This document shows, piece by piece, positions 1-12,700 of a stretch of DNA of 64,000 bases. A model generated the notes under the pieces. It was given only the letters and a program-made list of their open reading frames with translations. It was not told the DNA's origin and ran no database searches. Each line of letters begins with the position of its first letter. The stretch's first letter is position 1. Both the position numbers and the translations under genes were made by a program. The DNA is from Ophelia neglecta (lineage: Eukaryota): contig OZ260667.1 in assembly GCA_965285935.1 (NCBI GenBank), positions 22,630,001-22,694,000 of the forward strand, written 5' to 3'.

Positions 1-261
1 GAAATTCTTTTTGTACATTTATCACTTTGTTTTATCAATGAAACCAATAATTATGCTGTATGGTCAAGTGGTATATATGTCCCAAGAAACTAATTAATAC
101 ACGATGTACAATGTATTACAGGACTGAATAAAGGCTTAAGGTAACCCGAACTGGGTACATATATTAAAGTAAATGAGCGATCCCATTGCACCTATATTCT
201 AACTTTAAACACTGCCGTTCAATTTCAATTAAGGTGTTATCTATACCACTTTTTTAAAGAT

Positions 262-330
262 TGTGAAGCGCCCTTGAGTCTATTAAAGAGGAAAGAAACG
301 CCCAATACATGTCAATATAACTATTATTAT
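262..330 (+). mobile_element. Isolated 3' tail of an L2-type LINE or L2-mobilised SINE (degenerate)
   Basis: TGTGAAGCGCCCTTGAG...GGAAAGAAACGC...TATTATTAT resembles the L2/MIR-type 3' terminus (TGTAAAGCGCNTTGAG...GAAANGCGCTATATAAAT followed by (TTA)n). Recognised by motif only. Confidence 0.5.
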
Positions 331-608
331 CGATATATTAAGTGGTCAAAGACGTGGAACTGAATCATTCTATCCTCACACAAGAGGGGAAAAGTCCTTT
401 TTGGGACAATAGATAGTCCGATAAAACTTGTCTCCATTGTACTGAACAACAATACAGTTAGGGGGGATCTGCTTCCCGCGGAGAGGGGTAAAAATGGTTC
501 TGGTAAAAGAGGACTTGTTGAACGACATAATGAGAGAATTTACTCTTTTTTATGCCAATGTTGTCTATGATAGCATCGTAGACCTGAAAGGTATATTGTC
601 AATTCTTA

Positions 609-726
609 TTTGCCTTATTAAGGTTTTACCCTTACTTGACAGGTTCAATGACAGATTTGGCGTCTCTTTTTTGCATTATTAAGGTTTTACCCTTACTTGA
701 CAGGTTCAATGACAGATTTGGCGTCT
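609..726. repeat. Tandem duplication, period 61 bp, 2 copies
   Basis: The 51-mer TTATTAAGGTTTTACCCTTACTTGACAGGTTCAATGACAGATTTGGCGTCT is identical at 615-665 and 676-726; both copies are preceded by TTTGC(C/A). Confidence 0.95.
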
Positions 727-3700
727 AAACCAGTATCATTAATATAAAGGATGAGAATAGCTGCCTGGGTGTGAGCCTCTCCTCTCCGGCTACCACTCCC
801 GGGGTCAGCTTTTCATGGTCCTGGTGAAATTGGCATGCTTATGGTAGTTTCGTTTTTTGATGGAGCTAAACAGGGTTAAGAGTCTACCTGATCTCTGACA
901 GGTACTCTGGGCTGTTCGGCTGCTGCCGGAGAAAGACTGCGTTGTCACCCGACTAAACGGTTAAATGATGAAGTTCCCGTAAAAAATAGCATGGGGATGT
1001 TGAGTTATGTTTGTTTACCCTTACTTCAATTATAAAGGTTGCCGGACGACACAGAGGGAATTTGTTTAACTGGAATTTTCTCCATCCTCGTTTGGGTGAC
1101 CGAAAAATAAATATGCAGGGAAGATTAATGTATAAAAAGGCTTTCCAAATATGCAATTTTATTTTAGTCTGACGACTCAATCAAATTATTTTCAATGAGC
1201 TCACAATTTTAGCCCTACTTGATATGTTGTGTTCTCTAGACATATGCAGTGCTGTCCCCTGCCAGATTAGGAGGTGAACTAGGCTTAGTGATGTCATCTC
1301 CGACAGTACTTAAGTGTTTTATAAACACTTATGGTTTTTTATGGGGCCATTTTCATGTTAAATGCTGATAAATGTTGCCAATGTCTATCAATTCCGCGAA
1401 ATTGAAATTGAAAGAAATGTGTGAAAAAGGATTAAAACTAGTTCACATTGGGCCTATTTCTTTTACAGTGACCTCAAAATACTCGTAGATATGAAAGCTA
1501 TATATTAAAAAACTCTTTTGAATTAGGTAATACTTCCTGGCCAAATGTGTTGCATCAATAGAAGCAATTTGTTTATAGAACCCTATAATAAAACACATAA
1601 AACACATATAAAAGTTGGGTTAAAGCACTGACAGTTTATATTTTGTGGCCAAGAACATCAGTGGACAGAGAAAACAACTGGCTTTATTAATGGAAAGTGA
1701 ACGTAAATATATACTGATTGTTGTTTTATAGTAACAAAAGGTTGACAACAGGCTTGTCCTCTATTTCTTTTCTCATATATTTTTGTGTCAAATAGGAAAC
1801 ATTAAGAAAATATGAAATGTAAGCAAATTAGGGTTAAATCGTTAAGGTTGTAAAAGGAAACTTTGGTGAATAGAAATGTTTGATTATACAGGCGAAACAA
1901 GATTGTTTGTGATGTTGGTGTGATCTATCCTCTGTAGAAAGTAATCCCTATCTAATACCGGGCAGGTGGGATCTCCTCACGGTGATAACTATGTAATGAG
2001 GTAAAAATGCGGGGTTGGAGAGACTTTCTCGCCGGTGGCCCATTTGACAATTGTGTGTTTTACTGATTTGTCTAACTGGCTTTGAGTATTTGGTGTTGTA
2101 CTGCCTGGAAATTAGATTCGGTAGGCTTAACAAATACTACTAAATGTATACTGGGATAGCCTTTACTACCCGTCGGTAGTGTCTGAATGATCGACCCAAA
2201 AAGCACGCAACAAAAATAGTATTTGTTTTCAATCTTTTCATAATTTGAGCGCCAAAGGCAGGGATTGTTTCGAATGTTTTATTCTTGCATGAACAACGGC
2301 CCTGCTTCATCCCTATAGTGTTGACAAAACGTCATAACTTACTCGAGGTCGCTGAAGTAAAGTCGTACTTCAGAATTCTGTCGACATATCAAGTTGTGTC
2401 GAAGCCATGACATGTCGTGTCGACGACATGTTTTGTTAATTAAAGCAAATTTCCTGTTATTTTCGAGATTTTATTCCGGCTCTTCCACTATCTAAACTAC
2501 CCAATTATTTGCACTGCATATATCATCAACATTAAACCAACTTATATATTCATATTTAACCACTTTGTATTAAACATTCTTGCCAAGGCTACTTAATATC
2601 GCCGAGCATATATTAACAATGATGGATTCTATGACACCCAGAAAGATGCAGGGTTTTTTTTGATTATTTGATTATACCGTGAAGTTTGGTGGGTTTATGC
2701 CTATGTTGGCATTGAATTCTCCGTGTTCTAAGCCTTTATATTACAAATTACATATTAAGTAAATACTAAGATATCGAAAGCGTTCTTACAATAAATGTCA
2801 GTTCCGGTTCCGTTCCCTTAATCGAAAGCATGGGAACCCAACCCGATATTCATAATCTTAGTATAAGAGAAGAAAAGTCAAGAGACTTTTTCCTGTAATA
2901 TCTGCATGAATCTATCAGCGTGAGCAGTGACGCCTCGAGGACACAAGCTCGTTCGAAAAAATGTAATTTTTGTCGCGGAAGAAGCGCGTCATTCGCGTGA
3001 TTTGGTTACAAGCAAAACTCACCATGTAAAACCTAATTTTCTGGCAATTACCATTCCCGGCTTCTACGTGAACATCGTGTCTCTCACTGCGGCAATAATA
3101 AACGGAAATAAACAAGAATCGGATAAAAGTCCTCCTCCCTGTTCCTGTCCGAAGGAGATAAGAATTCTAAGGCTTTCCTGGCTGGTAGGCCTATCAAACA
3201 AGGCCCTCGAATTCCCTTCTCGCTCTCGCAGTAGGCCTTAACGTTATTGGCGTTTGTCACCAGCTAGTGTGTAGGTTTGACCCCGAAGGAAATGGAGGCT
3301 ATAGGACTAGCCCTGAGTCAGTTGACCTAAATTAATGCTCAATCAACCGCTCAGTTCATTATGAACAGTGTACATGCTCAGCATTCAGAGCAACATTTAT
3401 GAATTTGTTTATTTACTAAAAATATTTAATGATAAATTCTTATATCAAGCAACACAGGTGTTTCCGCCCTACTCTTTCTATCGATACAATGTGGCTAAGG
3501 AAAAATGGAGATTCAACAGTGGCATATGGCATATCTCGTTATACCAAATGAGATATACGAAAAAATACTGCAACACAACTATCTTCATTTCGTCTCATTT
3601 TGGGAGATAGAAATTGTATACTTCATTTGAGTCGGGTTGTAATCCTTATCTTATTTTGATTGGTCACTTTAGATCTCCTTATTCTCTTTTGCTGAATATA

Positions 3701-6700
3701 GGGCTCGTGTGAGACGTGTTTATGGCTGTAGCGGACAAGTTTAATTATAAAGAAGAATCTGTAGCGTCTCGGTGGGTCTTTACCGGGATAAGAGCCGAGT
3801 TCTTTACGGGCGAACTTCTCTCAATCCAGGCTGTTTCCCGCCCCCGGCATGACGGGGCGGCCAACTTCATTAACCGCAAAACCACATGATTAACGAGAGA
3901 CCTGTCCTATACTGGGCAGTCAAATATATTCCTCTATCATACGTGATGGCCTTCGAATACTCGCCAAATATTGAGGATATCACTTTTGATTTATTGCCCT
4001 CCCCCTGATACAAGGTTGTAATCTCCAGCAGTGACACAGCCCTTCAAGATGAGAACCACTAACGCTTTGGCAATGACGGACAATAAATAATCGGGAGAAA
4101 GTATGATTCTGCATTTTCCTCATTCCCCACAGTCTCGCATTGGTTGTAGCTAAAACACGAACTGGTTCCGGAGCATTCCAATGGAACCATTTATAAGTGT
4201 ATACTTAGCAGATATAAGCGTAGCCAAATGGTTAGCTAATCTTTACAAGCATTTGTCCTTTTCAATACTTGTCCAATTTGTGAACACCGAAAAAAGTATT
4301 GCCCAATACATTGTTTTTACCATTTTTTGTGGCTAGCGGTCGGGTAGATTCTTCTGCCTGTTTGAGTTAATTTGAGGAACAAAGGAGAATAAGGCCTTTG
4401 GGCTATGCTTTTACCAACGTGGAACAGACAATGATTGGTGGCCTTTTCCGCCTCTGCATAAAAAGTCGTCTGGTATTTCTGTACTTGTCTCTTCATCAGT
4501 GTACGATGAATTGGACTGATCATTTAAATGTCCACGGTCATTCTTGTTGTAAATGCCGAATCCATACATCCGTAGACTAACTCGGAAGTTAAGGGTGAAA
4601 CTCGACCATTATATATATAAAGACGATAAAACCTTAAAACACTTATAGATTGGTTATATAAGTTAGTGCTGTAATGTCCTGTTGCATTTTTCACACTGAA
4701 AATAAAGAATACAATGTCACTTTTAGTTGTGTTAGATAAGTGCCCTAGCATATATGACTATGAATCGTAACTCATAATTATAAATTCCCGGGTTACGTCT
4801 GAATGCAGACTGGGAGGACATTTATTGCATTGTACCAAAACCTTGCTGACCACTTTTTCATCTTTATCCGTCCAGCTCGTCCTTGTATTTTAGCCTTGCC
4901 AAGCTCTCAAGCGCCTGAAAGTCGTTTTGTTGCCGACATGCTCCCTCCGGAGATAATTGCCCCTGATAACAGGTAATTGATGTAGATTAGTGCCCAGAAT
5001 CTTGGTAAAATCGTTCTAATCACTTGTTATTGCGGCGTCCTTGATTTCAACTGGCGTAATTTAGCCGACGGTCAGACGATGCAGGAATAAGTCATGCAAT
5101 TCTGACAAAAAAAAAGACATAGACTTTTCTCTTAAATTAGAGAAAGATGAAGATAGGGCCAAGCTGCTGCAAAGGGATGGAGGCAGAGAGAAAATTACAC
5201 ATTACCCCATCACATGACATATCTGAGATGTATGCAAGGGTCACATCTGTACCTAGTCCTTATAATCAGATTGCCTGCATATTCGATACTGCTGGAATTG
5301 GCAAAACTAACAGTTGTCCTCGATTGATCCAGTTGCCAATTTAACGCTTCTTAATGGCGACTGTTTTAATTTTTGTCCAATGCTATAAATGCTTGTATGT
5401 GGTTTTCGGTCATTGCCCGGCCTTTTGGTGCCTGCAGGCTTCTGATGTTGTCAATACGAGACACCGATGATGGGCCGATCTTTGTCGGTGGCGGTGGGGT
5501 CATGATTTACAGGTGGAAACCTCCGGCCCATGGCGTTCATATCACCTCAAAATCGATATGCACTCGCATTCTATCTGCCAGACTGGTCAACTGGAATAAT
5601 GAAGAAAAATATCGGCCGAGGCCACGTCAATTTATCTCTCAGAAAGAGGGCATCGCCATATCCTCGTTGGTCAAAATTCGCCAGGCTTTAAATTTGGTCT
5701 ATTCCTATTGTCTTTTAAATCACAGTTTACACTCAGGTATACCTATGTGGTCCAGAGAATCATATTGAACATGGTTGTGACGTCCGCGTCCTTAAATTGT
5801 CTCCTGTGATGAGGTGATAATTTCATGCCAGTGCGAGATAGTAATGAATCATGGGAAGGAATAAGTCACGCTAGCTCTTCTTGTTTTGGGGGTGAACGGG
5901 CCATGTTCGATGTTAATGCAGTTAATAAATCTCTGTAGCCATTTGAACATACTAGCACCATGAAGCACCAGCTTTTTTGAAAAACGGTCTCTTGGTTTGC
6001 TGTCTATGACTTGATTTGGATGATGATATATTGACACTGTCGTGGTTGGGAATTTGTTGATTTTTCAATAGCGAACCGCCGTTGACAAATCTTCGCTCAT
6101 TTGATTCCCATGCAACTAAAGGCTGATTTGCATGGTATGGTTGTTTATATATACCGGTTGCACGCCAAATAATTTTGGCAATTTGGGAAAAAAATATGCT
6201 ATATTCGAATGCGTAGATTAAAGAATGGTCGAGACTCAATTAGCCAGATATCTAGGTATCTAGGAATTCTTGTTCCGAATTATAGTAACATATCTAGTTA
6301 CATGCAAAATTGTTTCAGGTGCGTTTTGCTCAACTTTGCAGAAGGATTGGGACTCGCAGTAACACATGTAAATACCGTGACTTTACTTAATCACGGCTGT
6401 CGATGCGACACCTTACAAGGCCATGGCTGGGAGTCCTGTTCACCTGCTTCATGCAAATAATTATGTCAACATTGGTGACAGTTGCAGGCGTTCAGCCATA
6501 ATAAAAGCGAGCATGGTTCACTTTACAAGGTTAACATCACTAGTGTTGAGTCTGGATTCAATGTGAAAAATGGATGCAGGTCAAGTAAAAACCAATCATG
6601 AATATTCCATTAAAATGGTCCGAAATCAGGAACCACCAGCCACAGGCCCACATACATCAATCCTCAGCTCCCAATCATTAGAAAAGTGCAATGCAAATAA

Positions 6701-9700
6701 AAAATGATAGAATAAAATTATATCACATGCAATGAAAAGTAATGGAAGTTTCTATGGTCAACGCAGGATAGAGATGAAATATACCCTAGGAACGTCTTTT
6801 ATGATCGAAGCTCTCACGAAATCTTCGAGGCTAAAGAGGAAATCGTCTCATAACACAAGAAGAATGTGAAACAGTGAAACATAAAGAAGGGTTTGAAATT
6901 TACCTGCCTAGTAAAAAGGAAAATTTTATATAATTTCATTGCTAGTGCATTGTTATATCAACTTTTAAAGTGAACCAGCTACACTTTTATTGTGAATGAA
7001 CAATAAAACTGTCACCGTTCTTATATTGACTCTTTTACATCTGATGGAATATTTATATGATTCCACAGGTTCTTAGGCGTGTGTTATGCTTGGACCTATT
7101 AGTGGAATAAATATCTGCATATTTGGAAATTGCTTATTTAATCCGCAGAGTTCATAACCCTATGCCAGTAATGTAGAAACAAGGGCTAAGTGTCTTTGGT
7201 TAAAATCTGACCAACAACATTCATACACTCAGGAGCTACAGGTGAAGGTATCACCGTCCCCCCTCACCCTAACTGTCCCCTCCTCCACCCCCGGGGGTTT
7301 GGGTCATACAGTAAACACAGGTAAAGGTAACCCCCAGACAATCTATGGAAAGCACCTAGGATTTAATTTTTCTATCTCGAATAACTTGAATTAAAATTAA
7401 AAATACGAACCGAGTTGGTCCACTTCTTATTTGTAAGTTGTTCAGTTGCCAAAGTGATGCCTTAAAATGTAAATGATACTGGTGGGATAATCTTTACCAG
7501 CGCTACGAGTGCTCTAATCTTAGGTGAAGAGAACTTTTGATTAGGCGTACATTTCTTGCAATCAATCTCATTCGGTTCAACGTGATAAATGAAAACAGAT
7601 CATGTTGCGCTTCGTTGATGAGTTGAGGATCATGTTCAAGTGAGTCTGGAAAGGCGGCTCCAAGCATTCACAAAAGCCGGGGTTGGCCATCGGAGAGGGC
7701 CACAGTCGAATCCCTCAGACGTGCCCTATTTACTTAACTCAAGAGGACCTTTTCTAAATGAGATCTTTATTCCACTGCTCATCCCTAAATTCAGTCCCTT
7801 CCCTGAGTGCAAGTGAAATTTGAATGTTGCTGTTCGTGTCTTTCAGTTACCTTGTATGGCCATTCGGGATTTGGGGGTAATTGGTTGGGCGAGCTCGGTT
7901 CTAGCAAATTATTTTACTGGACATGTAGACAAGTGACTCCATGTTCGGTGGTGATGGATAGCACAATACTAGTCAGTGAGAACGAGACGGTCAGACGATC
8001 GACAAACAAAACATAGCCTGCCTCTGAATAGTTTATCAAGTCATTTATCAAGCTTGTTCATATACATGTTAGCAGCCATAAATAACGCTAAGGCCGATCT
8101 TAATTAACCTTGGGGGTATATAAGCCACAATCATAACTCTGTTCTTATTATCAAAATGTTGATTAAAAAATCGGGACTCCTGAGGTAAACGTGGCCATTG
8201 TTATAAAAACTTAGCCCAAATAGAGACCCACTTACACACCTTTCATCGGATGGGCATGAATGATTATAAATTATTTGATGTTTAATAACCATGTCAAAAC
8301 CAGATTTGAACTATGCTGCCATTTGTTGGTCGGACGACATGCAAATCAGGTATATTACAACCCACTAAGCAGGGGTCGAGGAGGAACGGCTTGGACATAC
8401 TAATTGTATCCGAGCAAATTGCAATAGAAATTTTAAAAATACTAATTGACTCGCCATACAGTTCGCAGTCTAATCTGCAATGCACCGCCATCGCTTGAGA
8501 AAAACCAATAAAATTTAAGAAGGTCTCGGTCAGATTATGTCAGCAAAAGACATTTGTAAAACGCCAATAGTCATGCCCACCAGTACAGTTAGCCAGACGT
8601 CAGTGGTGGCTAATTGTGAAAAATGAGGGCCGCAACGGATGGACTGCAAACTCAACATCCAAACGGTTTGAAATATTAGCACTCATCAGAAGGACCAGAC
8701 AGTACGCCATTTACTACACAAAGATGTCTCGAGGAACAAATTACGTTGCCATTTCCATTTCTATCGGAAAAAAGAGAAGTTAAGAATGTCTCCTTCCAGT
8801 GAGGCACAAAACTAGAACTTTCTCTCGAACTAGAAACTTAATCCGACAGTTTTTTTTTCACGATATACTTACTGATGGAAATAACGCATTTATATAAATT
8901 CTACATTTCTCCAAGGTGAAAGATGAAACAATTGCAGTTATCTTCCTTATATCGCATAATCAAAGCTTTCTTCGGTAAACAGGTATTTTCAAATTGTCAA
9001 ACAATGTTAAATCAAGACGGGACACATGGAATTAAACAACTATAGGCCTACTGGATATATTTTTGCGATGGCATGCATTATACACATTTTGCTTAAATAA
9101 TGACATGGACTATGCATTTGGTTCCTGCTTCAAGTATGTTTGTTTAATAGGGGATATGCACGTTCAGATTTTAATGTTAGTGCTATCTGGCGAGAAACGG
9201 AAGACCGCGCTGCATGCTGGGGTACTTTGGTACGTAAGAAAATCAGGCTGCCATTATCTCCGCAGCCAAGGTCATATGTCACCTTCTTTCTCTGCGAAAT
9301 AGCCGCTGAAATTTAGAGTGCATGCAGGCTTATTCCGGGGATGTGATCAGTAACCATCCGTATGGTTAACCTAATATTTTATACGTACACGCTGTGTGCC
9401 CCCCACGCCCGCCATTACACTATATAATTACAGTTTCCTTGAAATAAATGATAAAGTCCTTCGTCTTAAACAACATTTCGCCTCAACATAACTTAATTGC
9501 CACACACCACATATCATAATAATATTAGTGTTAATATTATTATTACTATAGTCGCTAAAAAAGGTCGAGTTTCATTTGCACATCCTTTTTATTCAACTGA
9601 CCGATAATCTTATTCCAACATCCATCACGTGTCTATTTTCACGACACTCTCGCACCGGAAATGGGGTTTTCGACAAATTGAGTGTGAGAGCACCAATAAT

Positions 9701-12700
9701 CAGTACGTATATAGTTTTTCCCTGGAATGCCGGCATTTGTTTCTTTTCCGGCAGATTTTGCAAAAATATCCATGCAGACGGCAGTTTCGACACTAAACCC
9801 TACTCGTGAACGAAGAACATCTTGTAATTATAAGATTGGTCGAAACATTTCACGTGCTTACATAGCGACCATTGCAGAATCTAGAGACACGCCATGTTTA
9901 TGTGAGGACCAGTTATATTTGTATGATCCAAAGCATGGAAAGTGAATGTGTAAAAAGTGGTGTATTTAGTCCCGTGTGTATTGATTTTAAAATCCTACCC
10001 GGTAACATTACGTACTATTTAGGGGAGAAGTCAAGAAAAATCGAAGGAAATAGCTTTAAGTATATTATTTTTAATACCTTTGAACTAGTGCTAGCAAGGT
10101 TAGTGAAGCAGTCGTTGACTTCGGCGCCTGAGAGAGTTGACGTGGTTTACACTGTCATCTGGGTCCATAAAGGATGATCTTTGTGATGCTATTTCAGGAG
10201 GGATGATTGAGAATGCGACACCGCAATAAGATGATGATTTATCGTACGACATCTGCAGGAAGTGCCATGGCAACAACAACGGCACAACCATCTAACTACG
10301 GCCCCGGGACGGCGCGACTCATGATGGCAGACTTCCAGGGTGAATTCTATCTGGTCACTATTTAACCCAGAAGCTATCATCTTCTAAATTCAAGAAATAG
10401 AACAATTCACTCCAAACTAGCAAACTACATAATACTGCGCTCTAGCCTTAAGCATAATTGAATGCAATTAATTATTCACACATTTGTACAATTGTTAGTT
10501 AAACACGTCTGAAGCGAAATGTATGTGAATGACATGTATGCAAGTTTTAGAAAAAAAATCAGCTTATACTGGTTTATGCTCTTCATCAAGTAACACATGT
10601 GACGTTACATTTTGTTTTTTACTTTAAAAGCCGTTTATAAATATAAATATATGCAACAGGCGACAGCAGTATAATCAGTGTAGGGGACGAGATGAGGTGG
10701 TAGATTGCCACGTCATCACTAACGATATGTCTTCTATTAATGTGTCTGTCAACAGACACATGGAACGAACCATCTGCATTTTGCATTGGAAGCCAATTAC
10801 CAAAATGTCTTTGAAGTGTTGTTTACCGTGGCAGATATGGTATGGACTAAACGTCGGAGTTGACTGGGCTGCATGCAGTTGCATGTACACCGCCGCTAAG
10901 TTCATGCGGCCGTGCAGTCAACTCCGCCGTTTATAGATAGCCTACGAACCAGACCCGCCAAATTTAAAACGGCTAGAGCATTTACAAATCAGTCAAAAAT
11001 CCCTACTACTATATGGATCTATATTTTTTATGCAAATAGCGCGTACGCTTAGTGACAAAAGTTCGCTTTCGATCAAAGTCCAATGCAGATGTTTCCTTCT
11101 CTGTCCGCGTGGTCAAAGAGGTACCATACATTACCGATAAGTCAGTTAATGATGCCCATGGACAAGAAACTTGTCTACGTCAACCTGTGCTGCACTCTGG
11201 TTTCAAAAATAATTGAATGCGATCAATTTTGCACACAGCTGTCATATTTGCACTCAACACTGTTATAATTGTCGGTTTCAAATGCCTGAACCAACAGTGT
11301 GTGAATACCATGTGCGCCAGCTTCAAAAAGGTCAGCCCATACCGATATATTGTCTACGACGTCCCTAGTTTCACATGAGATGGTCGGTGCACGTTTTTAT
11401 AGTGAGTGGGGTATAATAAGTTCGGCTACCGGTTGTTACTGATGCCATAAAGGGAAATACGTGACCCATGAGCCACTAGGGCGACATAAAAGGCAGCTGT
11501 GACGCATTATACCATAGGCATATGTCTAAGTCTATTCCACTTGAAAAGGGCATGATTAGGAATTTTAAGCCGCTGAGATTCCAGGGAATCATGCCTTGTC
11601 AAGTTTCCTGTTCGTCGGGATCATTTTTATCATTTACCTTTAACTTGGTATAGTCTATTTAATTTCTAATGTCTTTGTTTGAGTTGGATTATCGCCATGA
11701 GGGTTTTTAGCATAAAAACGGGGCTTTTGAATATCCGCGATTCGCGGTGTGCCTACTCTTTAAAATGTGACCTTGGACCTCCTCCCCCCCCCCCCCCATG
11801 GCCTTCCACTCCATATGTAATCGCTTACCCACAATGCTCGGGGATGGGTGTGGAGGGGGGAGGGCGTAGATGTATTGGGGGCGGAAGTTATGCAGGTTAA
11901 TTTTTCAGCTACTCAAAGTGATAACAAAAGTTCCCATCTCTCTGAGAGCTTCGAAAACCGCGCAGTATAGTTGATATAGCAACATTCACAGGTCCATTCA
12001 AACATGGCCATTGACACAGCACAATATACACATTGGTCTTACATTCTGATTATCACGCAAGACTGACACAAATGGTAACCTCGCTCCTGAAATGCAATTG
12101 ACATTTTTTCAACTTCCGGAATGCAATTACTGATGACAATCCTTGCCACGAAGTGGTAGGTCTAGTTTTAATATGTATACGTAATTTCAAGGCACCAAGA
12201 TGAAATCAATTTGTTTTGAAGCACGTCTCCGAAGAATACTGAAACCCTTAAAGGTGATAACAGGTGGGGCATTTCGCTTTTATCATGGTTAATGTGAGCA
12301 GCGGAAGTCATTGTCTAGATTGTTAGAAGGTAAAAGTGTGGAATTGTTAACAACTTGGTATGATATTGCCCCACTAACACAGTTTGTTTGGCCTCCGCCT
12401 TGCCAATCGGTAGGGTTAGTTATCCTCAAGTACGCACAATTCTTCATGACCTCATTGCTCAAATTCCTTACCAACGTAATTGCACATGTGACAATGGCTT
12501 GCCCTATATGACAAGGTTATGTATTGGCCGACCACTGTCCACCCATTGTGTCTGAGAAGCGGATTGTGTGTGGTACAGAGTGGCGGCCAGCTCTCACACC
12601 AGCGGCAGACTCTTGAATGATGTATACCCCGGTTTCCATTTACGTGCACCTATAGCCCCGTGTGCCCTTCTTTCCTATATCTGGTTTTTGGGTCTCAGCT

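Noticed and set aside
1304-1630. Possible hAT-like element with CAGT...ACTG ends
   Set aside because: Terminal similarity is short and no 8-bp TSD is present.
3225-3290. Second tRNA/SINE-like head (GGTTTGACCCC)
   Set aside because: A and B boxes are too degenerate, and no central domain or tail follows.
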